From the NCBI GenBank assembly GCA_003173895.1, contig PJMG01000022.1, forward strand, positions 3,454 to 67,453: a DNA stretch of 64,000 nt, in the 5' to 3' direction. Made by a program: the position numbers and the translations under genes. Of the stretch, positions 19,013 through 30,298 are shown in pieces. Numbering within the stretch: position 1 is the stretch's first letter; each line of letters begins with the position of its first letter. The notes under the pieces are model-generated. The model was given only the letters and a program-made list of their open reading frames with translations. It was not told the DNA's origin and made no database searches. This stretch comes from Candidatus Levyibacteriota bacterium (GTDB taxonomy: Bacteria > Patescibacteriota > Microgenomatia > Levybacterales > UBA12049).

Positions 19013-19707
19013 GTATTATTTGATATTAATCCTACCTTCTCAGCGAATTTAATTAACTCTTCTCTTGCTTGAGCTAATCCTCCCGCAACTATCTCATCAT
19101 GTACTTGCTCAATGTCAGGCAAATGAAGCTCAATACCACTTTGCGCAATACGCACAACATATTTGTCTGTTGCTGGCACTGATGGTTTTGGCATTTGATT
19201 ATTCACTTTTTTAAGAGCATGGGAACTCAAAGTTAAAGAGATTTTTTTATTGGTATTAATATTTAATTTTTTAATATCAGGATTCAATTTAATATCTGCT
19301 TGCTCACATAACCATATAAAAGCACTAATAGCTGGCTCTGCAACTCTACGACTTAGTCCATATTCTGCTAAAAATTCATTATATAGATTTTCTTTAGAAA
19401 GAAGTTTTATATCAGTGACTCTATTAAATATTTTTTTATAAGAAGATTTTATTAAGTTTTGTAATTTTATTTTTTTATCTTCACCTTTTAAGGAAAATAT
19501 TTTAATATTTTCCGTTGCGTTCCCCTTATAATCAATGATTTGCAAAAACTTGAGACTACTAATAGCAATTCCTGCGCTAAAATCTGAAAATTCTCTATTG
19601 AGCAAATCTAACTTTGATATTGAAGTGAAACTTAATGAACTTAATAAATCAAATAGATCATCAAACTTATTTATTGATAAATATGGAGGTAATATTTGTT
19701 CTTGCAT
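19003..19707 (-). CDS. Hypothetical protein, DUF5343-like (probably helical/DNA-binding)
   Basis: N-terminal PPYLS...LKFLQIIDYKGNATE pattern recalled from the family; not confirmed. Confidence 0.6.
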   Translation of the reverse strand: MQEQILPPYLSINKFDDLFDLLSSLSFTSISKLDLLNREFSDFSAGIAISSLKFLQIIDYKGNATENIKIFSLKGEDKKIKLQNLIKSSYKKIFNRVTDIKLLSKENLYNEFLAEYGLSRRVAEPAISAFIWLCEQADIKLNPDIKKLNINTNKKISLTLSSHALKKVNNQMPKPSVPATDKYVVRIAQSGIELHLPDIEQVHDEIVAGGLAQAREELIKFAEKVGLISNNTAR

Positions 19708-19779
19708 AAATTAAATATAATTCCGCAAGGCATTAAATGTCAAGACATCAAAATTGAGGTCTACCATTGAGGTTGATCT

Positions 19780-20253
19780 TTAGAATCTAAAGTGAGCGAA
19801 GGCACGGTTGGCATCTGCTTGTTTAAGAGTATTGTTGCGTTTGGTAATAGCTGCGCCTTTTTCATCAAGTGCATCTAAAAATTCTGCAACTAATTTTAAA
19901 TCAAATGAATGATAATCACGGTTTGGTCGGGATGTAGCTGCTTCTACTATCCATCTGATAGCTAAAGTTTTTTGACGTTCAGGTTTTACTTCCACTGGTA
20001 CTTGATAATTAGCTCCACCGATTCTTTTAGCACGAATCTCTACTTTAGGACCAACTGTAGTTAAAACTTTTTCATAAGTAGCTATTGGATCTAAACCTTT
20101 TGCTTTTAGGCCATCTAAAGTAGCATAGACTAATTTTTCTGCTACTGATTTTTTACCATCTTTCATAATTCTATTTATAAGTTTGGTAACTAAAACATTA
20201 TTATATATTTTATCTGGCTGTGTAGGTCTTTTTACTACTTTTTTATGACGCAT
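19780..20253 (-). CDS. rpsG: 30S ribosomal protein S7
   Basis: RIGGANYQVPVEV, ANRAFAHFRF. Confidence 0.97.
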   Translation of the reverse strand: MRHKKVVKRPTQPDKIYNNVLVTKLINRIMKDGKKSVAEKLVYATLDGLKAKGLDPIATYEKVLTTVGPKVEIRAKRIGGANYQVPVEVKPERQKTLAIRWIVEAATSRPNRDYHSFDLKLVAEFLDALDEKGAAITKRNNTLKQADANRAFAHFRF

Positions 20254-20258
20254 TTATC

Positions 20259-20699
20259 TTAAGCGGCTTTAGCTGCTGCTCCTCCTTTTCCACTTGGTCT
20301 TTTAGCTCCGTATTTAGAACGTGAAGTCATTCTTCCTTGAACACCTTGTAAATCGAATTTACCACGAACTATGTGATATTTAACTCCTGCTAAATCTTTT
20401 ACACGTCCACCTTTAACTAAAACAATACCATGCTCAGCTAAAGTGTGACCTATTCCTTGAATGTATGCTGTTACCTCTGTTCTATTAGAAAGTTTAACTC
20501 TAGCTACTTTTCGAAGAGCAGAATTAGGTTTTCTAGGAGTCATGGTTTTAACTAAAGTTACTACTCCTCTTTTTTGAGGTGAAGGGATAGTCTTATATAC
20601 ACGATCTTTGGCATTATAGAAACGGCGAAGACCGGTTACTCTAACCTTTGCAATTCTTCTTTTTCTACCTTTTCTAGTTAATTGTGATAATGTTGGCAT
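20259..20699 (-). CDS. rpsL: 30S ribosomal protein S12
   Basis: [18 protein letters not shown]. Confidence 0.97.
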   Translation of the reverse strand: MPTLSQLTRKGRKRRIAKVRVTGLRRFYNAKDRVYKTIPSPQKRGVVTLVKTMTPRKPNSALRKVARVKLSNRTEVTAYIQGIGHTLAEHGIVLVKGGRVKDLAGVKYHIVRGKFDLQGVQGRMTSRSKYGAKRPSGKGGAAAKAA

Positions 20700-20712
20700 A
20701 AAATTTAAATAA

Positions 20713-23700
20713 TTATACGATCAAAGTTGATTTTATATCAACTGGGATAAGACGCCCGATAATAACATTTTCCTTAAGACCATTAAGTGGATCTACGCGT
20801 CCCTCAAGTGCAGCTTCAGAAATAACTCTGGTAGTTTCTTGGAATGAAGCAGCAGAAAGCCATGAATCTGAGAATAATGCACCTTTAGTAATACCTAATA
20901 ATACTTGGCGACCTGTAGCAGGTTCTCCGCCTTGAGAGATAGTTTCAGCATTACTCGTTTCAAACCTATTCTTAGTGACTAAATCTCCGGGTACGAATGA
21001 AGTATCTCCTACAGTTTCTACTACTATCTTATCAGACATGCGTCTAATAATTACTTCAAAGTGTTTATCATTAATAGCGATTCCTTGAGATTCATAAACT
21101 TTTTGAACTTCAGATAGAATATACTTTTGAGTTGCTTCTACTCCTCGAATCTTTAAGATTTCTTTTGGATCTAAATATCCTTTAGCAAAAGGTGTACCAA
21201 TTACGATATCATCTCCATCTTTTACGGCTAATTCTAGAGCCAATGGAACGAAATATTCTTCAACTTCAATAGGATCTACTTTAGTATTTTTAACAGTAAT
21301 CTTATATCCATCTTCTACTTGTTCTATTTTTACTTTACCTGTGATTTGAGAAATTGGTGAGAGATTTTTAGGTGTCCTCATTTCAAATAATTCTTCTACA
21401 CGAGGTAAACCTTGGGTCACGTCACTCATAACAACTCCTCCGAAATGTCGAACACGCATGGTTAATTGAGTTCCAGGCTCTCCAATAGATTGTGCTGCCA
21501 TAACACCTACTGGAGTACCCAAATCAACTATTTTTTTAATTGAGAAATCCCAACCATAACATTTAGCACAAACGCCTTCAGATAGCTTACAAGTAAAGGC
21601 TGACCTTACTTTTAGTCCATTTACCTCAACAGCTACTGCTTTAGCCATTTCTGGTGTAATAAGTTCGTTTACATCCACTAAAACTTTTTTACTTTCCTTA
21701 GAGGTGACCTTTTGGAATGAAACACGACCTAAGATTCTATCTGCGAAAGGTGTAGTTCTCTCTGCTTCATCTTTAATAACTATGAATTCTTCGCCACCGC
21801 AATCTTCTTTCTTAACTAAAACATCATGAGAAACATCTACTAATCTTCTCGTTAAATAACCTGCATTAGCTGTCTTAAGAGCTGAGTCAGTTAAACCTTT
21901 TCTGGAACCACGAGCTGATGCAACGTATTCAAAGATAGATAAACCTTCACGGAAATTAGATTTAATAGGTAATTCTACAATTTTACCTAAAGGATCTAAG
22001 ATAAGACCTCTCATAGCTGATAATTGTTTTAATTGTTCTTTTCCAGCACGTGCTCCTTCTGAATCGATGATAAAGCGAGTAATATTAGCAGAATCTAAAT
22101 TATTCCAGGTTTTATCAGCCATAGCATCTGTGGTCTCTAGCCAAACGTTATTACTAAGTCTCTTTTTCTCATCAAGTGTAATTAAACCTTTTTGATAATC
22201 ATTTTCAATCTTACTTACTTTTTTCTCTGCTTCTGCTATCATTTTATCTTTATCAGAAATCATGACATTATCAAAAACTGAAACAGACACACCTGAAAGT
22301 GTAGCAGCGTGGAAACCAAGAGATTTAATATTATCGATCAAATCAGCCACTTCTGTAGACGAATATGTTGATAGTGCGGCAGTAATAATTTTTTTAATAT
22401 CAGAAGCTTTAATAGGTGAATTAACAAATTTCATGCCTTGAAGTAAAGCTTCATTAAACATTAAACGACCTACTGTAGTTTCTACTAATTCTTTATTTAT
22501 TTTTACCTGAATTTTCTCTCTTAATTTTATATGTTTTAGATCATAAGCTAAGAAAGCCTCATTGGCACTTTCAAAAACAGATAATGTTTCTTTTTCTGGA
22601 GTATTATCCACTGTAGTTAAGAAATAAATTCCTAAAGCCATTTCTTTATTAGGAAGCGTAATAGGACTTCCATCTGCTGGCTTTAAGAGATTATTGTTAG
22701 GCATCATTAAATTTATAGCTTCTTCCTGAGCATTTTGAGAAAGTGGTACATGAACAGCCATTTGGTCACCATCAAAGTCAGCATTAAATCCACTACAAAC
22801 ACAGGGATGTAAACTAATAGCAGCACCTTCTATAAGTCTAGGATAGAAAGCTTGAATACTTAATTTATGTAGAGTAGGAGCACGATTTAATAATACTGGA
22901 TGATTTTTAGTTATTTCCTCTAAAATATCAAAAACTTCTGGTGGTCTTTTTTCTATAAAGCGCTTTGCTGATTTAATATTAGGAGCAAAACCACGAACTA
23001 TTACTTCTCGTAGAACAAAAGGCTTAAACATTTCTAAAGCCATTTCTTTAGGAATCCCACATTCATTAAGTTTAAGATCTGGTCCGACTACGATAACTGA
23101 ACGTCCAGAATAATCTACGCGTTTTCCAAGTAGGTTTTGTCTAAATCGTCCCTGTTTACCACGAAGCATATCAGAAAGTGATCTTAAAGGTGAAGCTAGA
23201 GTTTGACCTGGTCTTTGAGATACATCAATTAAAGCATCTACTGATTCTTGAAGCATTCTTTTTTCATTTCTTAAAATAATTTCTGGAGCACCTAATAACA
23301 TAAGATGTTTTAGACGATTATTACGATTAATTACACGTCTGTATAAATCATTTAAGTCACTGGTAGCAAAACGGCCACCTACTAATTGAACCATAGGTCT
23401 AAGATCTGGTGGTATAACTGGTAATGCTTCCATAATCATAGCTATAGGATTTACTCCAGCTTTCTTCATAGCTTCTAGAAGTCTAAGTCTTTTAATAACT
23501 TTTAGATATTTTTGAGATGTAGATTTTTCTTTTTGAAGCTCTGATCTTAATTCTGCGATTAAATCATCAAAATTAGTATTTTTAAGAAGATCCAGTACTG
23601 CTTCAGCACCTGTTTTAAATTTAAAGAATACTGGGATATCATATTCTAAAATTTTAAAGTATTCATCTTCTGAAAGAACACTGGAAATCTTAAGATTCTT

Positions 23701-24441
23701 AAGGATATTTACTAATGCTTGGGAAATTTCATCAATTTTTTTAGCCTCATCATCAAATCTTTGATTTAATCTATTTACTTTTTGTTTTAAAGCCAAATTT
23801 AATTCTTCGGTAATTAATTTTTCTTGCTCTGCTTTACCTGATTTTGATTTAGCTTCTTTAATTTTATCCTCAGTCTCCTTTTTAAGAGTCTCTTCTTCTC
23901 TTGTTTTATTTTTCTTTAAGTCTTCTTTTCTTTTTTCAATAATTTCTGAAAGTTTATCTAATGCTTCTTTTTTCTTATCTTCATCAATAGAAGTTACTAA
24001 GTATGAAGCATAATAAATAATGGATTCTAGATTTTTTTGAGTTATATCCAGAAGAGTGGCTAAGAATGAAGACGTACCTTTGAAAAACCAAACGTGAGCT
24101 ACAGGTGCTGCTAAGTTAATATGACCCATTCTTTCACGTCTTACTTTAGAAAGTGTAACTTCTACTCCACATTTATCACAAATAATGCCTTTATATCTAA
24201 TTCTTTTATATTTACCACAATAACATTCCCAATCTTTACTTGGGCCGAAGATTCTCTCATCAAAGAGACCATCTTTTTCTGCTCTTAAAGTTCTATAATT
24301 AATAGTCTCAGGTTTGGTTATTTCACCAAATGACCAATCTAAGATATCTTGCTTATCAGCCAATAAAATCTGAAGAGCACTAAAGTCTGTAAATCTAATT
24401 GTTTTATTTTTTCTATCTATTTGGTTTTTTAAATCTGCCAT
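20713..24441 (-). CDS. rpoC: RNA polymerase beta' subunit
   Basis: NADFDGD, N-terminal zinc finger, [10 protein letters not shown]. Confidence 0.99.
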   Translation of the reverse strand: MADLKNQIDRKNKTIRFTDFSALQILLADKQDILDWSFGEITKPETINYRTLRAEKDGLFDERIFGPSKDWECYCGKYKRIRYKGIICDKCGVEVTLSKVRRERMGHINLAAPVAHVWFFKGTSSFLATLLDITQKNLESIIYYASYLVTSIDEDKKKEALDKLSEIIEKRKEDLKKNKTREEETLKKETEDKIKEAKSKSGKAEQEKLITEELNLALKQKVNRLNQRFDDEAKKIDEISQALVNILKNLKISSVLSEDEYFKILEYDIPVFFKFKTGAEAVLDLLKNTNFDDLIAELRSELQKEKSTSQKYLKVIKRLRLLEAMKKAGVNPIAMIMEALPVIPPDLRPMVQLVGGRFATSDLNDLYRRVINRNNRLKHLMLLGAPEIILRNEKRMLQESVDALIDVSQRPGQTLASPLRSLSDMLRGKQGRFRQNLLGKRVDYSGRSVIVVGPDLKLNECGIPKEMALEMFKPFVLREVIVRGFAPNIKSAKRFIEKRPPEVFDILEEITKNHPVLLNRAPTLHKLSIQAFYPRLIEGAAISLHPCVCSGFNADFDGDQMAVHVPLSQNAQEEAINLMMPNNNLLKPADGSPITLPNKEMALGIYFLTTVDNTPEKETLSVFESANEAFLAYDLKHIKLREKIQVKINKELVETTVGRLMFNEALLQGMKFVNSPIKASDIKKIITAALSTYSSTEVADLIDNIKSLGFHAATLSGVSVSVFDNVMISDKDKMIAEAEKKVSKIENDYQKGLITLDEKKRLSNNVWLETTDAMADKTWNNLDSANITRFIIDSEGARAGKEQLKQLSAMRGLILDPLGKIVELPIKSNFREGLSIFEYVASARGSRKGLTDSALKTANAGYLTRRLVDVSHDVLVKKEDCGGEEFIVIKDEAERTTPFADRILGRVSFQKVTSKESKKVLVDVNELITPEMAKAVAVEVNGLKVRSAFTCKLSEGVCAKCYGWDFSIKKIVDLGTPVGVMAAQSIGEPGTQLTMRVRHFGGVVMSDVTQGLPRVEELFEMRTPKNLSPISQITGKVKIEQVEDGYKITVKNTKVDPIEVEEYFVPLALELAVKDGDDIVIGTPFAKGYLDPKEILKIRGVEATQKYILSEVQKVYESQGIAINDKHFEVIIRRMSDKIVVETVGDTSFVPGDLVTKNRFETSNAETISQGGEPATGRQVLLGITKGALFSDSWLSAASFQETTRVISEAALEGRVDPLNGLKENVIIGRLIPVDIKSTLIV

Positions 24442-24442
24442 A

Positions 24443-27400
24443 TTATAATTCTACTGCCTCCAAATCAGCATCTGTTGGATTCTCTATTTTATCATTTTCA
24501 CCCGGCTTTTGGTCAACTACTTCTTCGCCACCTAATTCTTTTTCTAATTCTTTAGCTTCTTTTTCTGTCTTTTCTTCCTGCGCATCATCTGTAGATGTAC
24601 TGGTAGCAGATGCAGCTGGAGTAGAAGGTGCTGCTGATGTATCATCAGCTACGATGGATGCACCGATTGGTTTAACGTTAATAGCTAAAGCTTCTAGTTC
24701 ACGAATTAAAACGTTAAATGATTCTGGAACTGTAGGCGTTGGAATATCTGTACCTTTAACCATAGCTTCGAAAGCTTTAGAACGACCTATAACATCATCA
24801 GACTTGATAGTTAACATTTCTTGAAGAGTATATTTAGCACGATGTGCTTCAAGTGCCCAAACTTCCATTTCTCCAAGTCTTTGTCCTCCCATTTGTGCTT
24901 TTCCACCGAGAGGTTGTTGAGTAACTAATGAGTATGGACCAGTTGATCTAGCATGGGTTTTATCTTCAACCATGTGAATAAGTTTCATAATATATTCAAT
25001 TCCAACTACTACAGGATTTTCAAAAGGTTCGCCTGTTCGTCCATCATAAATAGTCATTTTACCATTTACTGGTAAACCTGCTGCTTTAAGAAGTTCGGTT
25101 ATTTTATCTTCTTTTATATTTTCAAAAACAGGTACAGCAATTTTTTGTCCCATTTTTCTAGCAGCTAAACCTAAATGAGCTTCTAAAATTTGTCCTAAGT
25201 TCATACGAGCCAACACTGAAATAGGTTGAATAATAATATCCACTGGTGTTCCATCTTCTAGATAAGGCATATCAGCTTCAGGCAAAATTCTAGAAATAAC
25301 ACCTTTATTTCCATGACGTCCAGCTAATTTATCTCCTACTACTACATGTCTGAATTGAGCTACTTCGACTATAATCTTTTTAATAGTTCCAGGTTCTAGT
25401 TCATCACCTTTTTTACGATCTAAGGTATAAACATTAACTACTGTACCACGCTCACCATGAGGCATTCTTAAACTGGTATCACGAACTTCACGAGCTTGTT
25501 CACCAAAAATAGCTCTAAGTAATCTTTCTTCTGCTGTTAATTCTGTTTCACCTTTTGGAGCGATTTTACCAACTAAAATAGCTCCTGGTTCTACTTCAGA
25601 TCCTACAGTTATAATACCTGTTTCATCTAGATTTCTTAAATCATCTTCTCCGACATTAGGAATATCAGCTGTGGTTAATTCTGGTCCTAATTTAGTTTCT
25701 ACAACTGTAGTTTCATATTTTTCAATATGAATACTGGAGAGTGCATCTTCTTTAACTAATTTATCAGAGATAACAATAGCATCTTCGTAACCTAAACCTT
25801 CAAATGAAGTATAGGCAATAACTAAATTTCTACCCAATGCTAATTCTCCATCTTCGCTAGCTGGTCCATCAATTAAAATATCTCCTTTTTTAACTTTTTG
25901 GTCTTTTACAACCTTAACAGTTTGAGAATAACATGTAGCGTCCGATGTTCTCTCAAAAGATGCTACAAAATAAGTTTTCTTTTCGTTTTTACCTTCAATA
26001 GTTACTGATTTAGCATCAACTTTAGAAATGATTCCATCAAATGGAGCTTTAATAACTCTACCCATAATTTGAGCTATAGCACCTTCCATACCTGTTCCGA
26101 CTATTGGACTTTCTGGTTTAACTAAAGGAACTGCTTGACATTGCATGTGAGTACCCATTAAAGCTCTTTGAGCATCATCATTAGCTAAGAATGGAATAAG
26201 TGAAGCAGCAGATCCTACTACTTGTTGAGGAGCTAAGTCAATATATTCTATATTAGAACTTTCTGTTTCTAAAAATTCTCCTTTATAACGAGCAGGAATA
26301 CGAACTGCATCAATAGTATCATCTTCTGATAAAACTCCTGCGTGAGTTATATAATGTTTTTGCTCATCTTCCGCATCCAGATAAACTATTTCATCTGAAG
26401 CTTTCATTTTACTTCCTGCTTTAACGACCTTTTTATATGGAGTTTCTAGGAAACCATAGTCATTAACTCGTGCATATAGACTGAGATAATTAACTAAACC
26501 AATATTTGGACCTTCAGGAGAACGAACAGGACAAAGTCTTCCATATTGAGAAGCGTTAATATCACGAATTGAGAAAGCAGCTCTTTCACGATTAATTCCA
26601 CCGCTACCCATAACTGTCACACGGTTTAAGTTATCAATCTCTGCTAAAGGATTTTTCTGATCAAGTAAAGTAGAGAGCTGTGAAGTTCTAAAGAATTCAT
26701 TAATAGCAGCCATAATAGGTCTAGCATTAATAAGACTTCCTACTGAAGCTGGTTCTTCAATTTGAAGCAAACTCATTCTTTCTTTAATACTTCTCTCAAG
26801 TCTTAAAACTCCTACTCTAAAAGCAGTAGTAGCTACTAATTCTCCTACACTTCTGAGTCTTCGATTAGCTAAACTATCAATATCATCTACTATACCTTCA
26901 CCTTTAGAAAGCTCTATAAGATAAGCAATCGTTCCTAATACATCATCTACTGTAAGAACTCTTACATCTGATGCCCTAAAATTAGGCATTTCTTTAAGTT
27001 TTTTATTAACTTTATAACGACCTACTTCACCTAAATCATAGCGTCTATTGTTGAAAAAAAGTCCGTGAATACTTTCACGAACTTTATCAAGCACTACAGG
27101 TTCTCCTGGGTGGAGCTTCTTAAAGATCTCAATGAGCGCTTCTGTTTCTGATGTAGTAGTATCTTTGGTTAAAGTACTACCTATAAAATCATTTACATCT
27201 TTTAAAGCTGTAAATTTTTCTACTATTTCTGCATTTGAAGAAAGACCAATAGCTCTTAAAAAGGTAGTAACTGGAAATTTTCTGCGTCTATCTATTTTTA
27301 CATTTATAGTTCCTTGTCTAGTGGTCGAGAACTCTAGCCATGAACCATGAGAAGGTCTGATTTCTGCGTTAAAAATTTGTTTTCCTGTAATAGGATCTAT

Positions 27401-27844
27401 AGTAGAAGTAAAAAATACGCCCGGTGAACGGACGAGCTGGTTAACTATAGCACGCTCAACACCATTAATAATAAAAGTCCCTCGATCGGTCATTTGAGGA
27501 ATATCGCCTAAGAAAATCTCTTGTTTTTGTGGTTTACCACCAAGCTTTTTATTAAAAAGTGAAACTTCAGCATATAAAGGTGCGTCATAACTGACGCCTT
27601 TTTCTACTGATTCTGCTGGTGTTTTAGCTGGTTTTCCAATTCTATAACTATCAAAAGTTAAACTCCAATTTTTTTCTGTAAAATCATTAACTGGTGATAT
27701 TTCTTTTAATATTTCTCCGATAGCACGGTCTAAAAAGTATTTATATGAAGTTTTTTGGATTTGGAGGAGATTTAGTTCAGGCAGAAAATCTCTTTTTCTT
27801 CCCCAGTTTTGTCTTTCAATTTTAGTATCAATTTTTTTAGGCAT
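24443..27844 (-). CDS. rpoB: RNA polymerase beta subunit
   Basis: GDKLAGRHGNKG, GGQRLGEMEVWALEA. Confidence 0.99.
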   Translation of the reverse strand: MPKKIDTKIERQNWGRKRDFLPELNLLQIQKTSYKYFLDRAIGEILKEISPVNDFTEKNWSLTFDSYRIGKPAKTPAESVEKGVSYDAPLYAEVSLFNKKLGGKPQKQEIFLGDIPQMTDRGTFIINGVERAIVNQLVRSPGVFFTSTIDPITGKQIFNAEIRPSHGSWLEFSTTRQGTINVKIDRRRKFPVTTFLRAIGLSSNAEIVEKFTALKDVNDFIGSTLTKDTTTSETEALIEIFKKLHPGEPVVLDKVRESIHGLFFNNRRYDLGEVGRYKVNKKLKEMPNFRASDVRVLTVDDVLGTIAYLIELSKGEGIVDDIDSLANRRLRSVGELVATTAFRVGVLRLERSIKERMSLLQIEEPASVGSLINARPIMAAINEFFRTSQLSTLLDQKNPLAEIDNLNRVTVMGSGGINRERAAFSIRDINASQYGRLCPVRSPEGPNIGLVNYLSLYARVNDYGFLETPYKKVVKAGSKMKASDEIVYLDAEDEQKHYITHAGVLSEDDTIDAVRIPARYKGEFLETESSNIEYIDLAPQQVVGSAASLIPFLANDDAQRALMGTHMQCQAVPLVKPESPIVGTGMEGAIAQIMGRVIKAPFDGIISKVDAKSVTIEGKNEKKTYFVASFERTSDATCYSQTVKVVKDQKVKKGDILIDGPASEDGELALGRNLVIAYTSFEGLGYEDAIVISDKLVKEDALSSIHIEKYETTVVETKLGPELTTADIPNVGEDDLRNLDETGIITVGSEVEPGAILVGKIAPKGETELTAEERLLRAIFGEQAREVRDTSLRMPHGERGTVVNVYTLDRKKGDELEPGTIKKIIVEVAQFRHVVVGDKLAGRHGNKGVISRILPEADMPYLEDGTPVDIIIQPISVLARMNLGQILEAHLGLAARKMGQKIAVPVFENIKEDKITELLKAAGLPVNGKMTIYDGRTGEPFENPVVVGIEYIMKLIHMVEDKTHARSTGPYSLVTQQPLGGKAQMGGQRLGEMEVWALEAHRAKYTLQEMLTIKSDDVIGRSKAFEAMVKGTDIPTPTVPESFNVLIRELEALAINVKPIGASIVADDTSAAPSTPAASATSTSTDDAQEEKTEKEAKELEKELGGEEVVDQKPGENDKIENPTDADLEAVEL

Positions 27845-27874
27845 CAGCGTTATAAGATGTTGGGCAAATTTAAC

Positions 27875-27957
27875 AAAAAAGAACAGAGAGCATAGCGCTC
27901 TCTATCGCTTTTTTATAAGGTAATGATATTTATACACTATAAGATTAAATTCGTCAA
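27875..27957 (-). promoter_or_regulatory. rpoB promoter with a terminator-like leader hairpin
   Basis: TTGACG(27957-52)-17 nt-TATAAA(27934-29); stem AGAGAGC/GCTCTCT at 27885-903, followed by GTTCTTTTTT. Confidence 0.65.
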
Positions 27958-28067
27958 CAGGTAAATTAAACAAAAAATACAGTCGATAAATTATCATAAA
28001 TCCTACAAATCTCATATTATGACTTAATACTAGTCTTACATAGGATAAGTAAAGTTAACGCAACTAT

Positions 28068-28319
28068 ATGAGTAATATAGAAGCTAATACAATATCCTTT
28101 TCAATTAGTAGAGATGCAACTTCTCGGGGTAGTTCTATGATACCATTAAAAACTATCTCTTTTGAAACTAGCGAAGAGAAAAAAAGAAGAGAAAATGAGG
28201 AATTTCTAAAAGATTTGGATAAGAGAGATTTAGAAAAAGCATTGAAAGAAATTAGAGAAAAAGCAGGAGAAATAGCTGATCAGATTTTAGGAGAAAAGAA
28301 GGATGAAAAAAAGAAATAA
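28068..28319 (+). CDS. Small charged hypothetical protein
   Basis: 83-aa ORF filling the intergenic space; coiled-coil-like C-terminus. Confidence 0.55.
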   Translation: MSNIEANTISFSISRDATSRGSSMIPLKTISFETSEEKKRRENEEFLKDLDKRDLEKALKEIREKAGEIADQILGEKKDEKKK

Positions 28320-28334
28320 AAATTAAAATCCAGA

Positions 28335-29282
28335 TTATAAATTTACTCTACTAATAATTCCACAACTCATTCCACTTATTACCATAATATCTGAAATTAT
28401 TTGAAGTAAGGGTAAATAAAAAAATGCTGCCCAATTTTTAACATATTTATAATTTTTAAAAATAGACCAGATTAAATAAAATATAAAACCAATTATTAAT
28501 ATTACGATTATACTATTCCATCTAAATTGAAGTGCAATTATTAATAATATAATTCCAATTAAATATCTTAAAAATAAAAAGGGCGTAGTAGATCTAAAAT
28601 ATAATCCTCTACCATCACCGTATGCATAAGAAAAAAATTGTTTAGCCCCTGAAAATATATCTTTTCTTTGCGGCCAATAAACTAATGCCGATTTTTTAAA
28701 ATAAAATTTGGCACCAACTTTTTTTAATTTTTTATCAAAAACTAAATCCTCACAAGTATTTAAAAATTCTGGGTAACCATTTATCTTTTCAAAAATATTT
28801 TTTTTAAATGCTATAGAACGCGATGAAGGCAAAAAATTTTCTGCATCGATTTTATCTTCCATTACAGATGTATAAGTAGCTAAACATTTTTCAAAAATAT
28901 TATGAGTTAATGGTTTATAAAAACCTGAAACCACATCAATACTTTTACTATTTTCAAATGGATAAATAATTTCTTTTAACCAATTTTTATGTAATAAACA
29001 ACCAACATCTGTAACTGCAATAATGGGAAATTTAGCATTCTTAACAGCTATGTTTCTTCCTATAGAACGATTACCTTTTTTTATAAGTAACTTACCATTT
29101 AGATTTTTATTCTTATTAAAAAATTCTTTTATTAATTCTGGAGTTTTATCTTTAGAATCTGCATCAACGATAATTATTTCATCAGGCTTTTTAGTTTGAT
29201 TTTTTATACTCTCTAAAAAGAAGTTAATATTTCCCTCCTCATTTAAAACAGTAGTTATAAGTGAAACTTTCATATTTTCCAT
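28335..29282 (-). CDS. GT2 glycosyltransferase with C-terminal TM helices
   Basis: TTVLNEE, IVDADSKD, GRN, TDVG, CED. Confidence 0.92.
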   Translation of the reverse strand: MENMKVSLITTVLNEEGNINFFLESIKNQTKKPDEIIIVDADSKDKTPELIKEFFNKNKNLNGKLLIKKGNRSIGRNIAVKNAKFPIIAVTDVGCLLHKNWLKEIIYPFENSKSIDVVSGFYKPLTHNIFEKCLATYTSVMEDKIDAENFLPSSRSIAFKKNIFEKINGYPEFLNTCEDLVFDKKLKKVGAKFYFKKSALVYWPQRKDIFSGAKQFFSYAYGDGRGLYFRSTTPFLFLRYLIGIILLIIALQFRWNSIIVILIIGFIFYLIWSIFKNYKYVKNWAAFFYLPLLQIISDIMVISGMSCGIISRVNL

Positions 29283-30298
29283 AATTTTTTATAAATTTTT
29301 GCTAAATCTTCCCAAGTATTTTCTTTTACGAAATTATATTCTTTCTCAAGCATTTCATTTTTTTCTTTATTATTAAGATTTAAAAATTGATCAATTATTT
29401 TTTCTGGATTATTACCTTTAACTAAAAATTCTGAAAATGGAGTCATTTCTAAATAATCTTTTTTTAACTCATTAGTATAAACAGAAATGACTAATTTTTT
29501 AAATGAAAATGCTTCTAAAATAGATAGGTATGATGATGCAAAAATTATATCTGCATTTTTTATATAATCATCCGTGTTTTTTATAAATCCTGTAACTAAT
29601 CCATATTCTTTAAAAATATTTTTAAAACTTCCATTTCCTACAGCAGTAAATTTAAATTTTGTTTTTTTATCTTTTAGAATTTTTAATATTCCGGAATAAA
29701 TTTCTACTCCGTTATCTTTTTCTATTCTTCCAATAAAAACTATATTTAAATTATTATTAATTTTAACTTTTAATTCTTCATTTTTAACAGCCTCTACTCC
29801 TCCATAAATAGTAAAATTCGCAGGCGTCTTATACCATTTATTTATATATTCACCAATATTAATGGTACCCATGGATAAAAATTTACTTAAGCGGCGGATA
29901 AAAATAGCACTTTTTTTAGGAGGGAAAATAGTTTCATATCCATGAAAAGTAGTAAAAATCTTTTTATTTAGAAATAAAAATCTAAATGGTAAGTACCAGA
30001 AAAAAACATCATGTGCATGAATAATATCTGCATTTTTAATAAGTGAAATATTTTTAAAAAACCAAAACCAAATTTTAAATTTCTTTAATTTATCATTAGG
30101 AAAAGAAGGAATTCTATAAATTTTTATATCATTTATAAGATTATCATCCTGAACATTAGTGAAGGATCTCGTACTTTCTTCTGAAATTATTGTTATTTTA
30201 AATCCCTGGTTTTTAAGAATTTTAGAAATTTCTAAAACATGCTTTTCCACACCTCCAATTTCAGGATAAAAATGATGAGTGAGAAAGAGGATATTCAT
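29270..30298 (-). CDS. GT4 glycosyltransferase
   Basis: FYPEIGGVEKH, IIHAHD, FIGRIEKDNG. Confidence 0.9.
   Translation of the reverse strand: MNILFLTHHFYPEIGGVEKHVLEISKILKNQGFKITIISEESTRSFTNVQDDNLINDIKIYRIPSFPNDKLKKFKIWFWFFKNISLIKNADIIHAHDVFFWYLPFRFLFLNKKIFTTFHGYETIFPPKKSAIFIRRLSKFLSMGTINIGEYINKWYKTPANFTIYGGVEAVKNEELKVKINNNLNIVFIGRIEKDNGVEIYSGILKILKDKKTKFKFTAVGNGSFKNIFKEYGLVTGFIKNTDDYIKNADIIFASSYLSILEAFSFKKLVISVYTNELKKDYLEMTPFSEFLVKGNNPEKIIDQFLNLNNKEKNEMLEKEYNFVKENTWEDLAKIYKKLWKI

Noticed and set aside
18851-19072. 73-aa plus-strand ORF
   Set aside because: It runs through a terminator and antisense across the tRNA, and its ATG lies only 1 nt after the -10 box, upstream of the expected TSS
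23700-23990. Long charged coiled-coil insertion in RpoC
   Set aside because: It sits at the known lineage-specific beta' insertion site; not evidence of a mobile element
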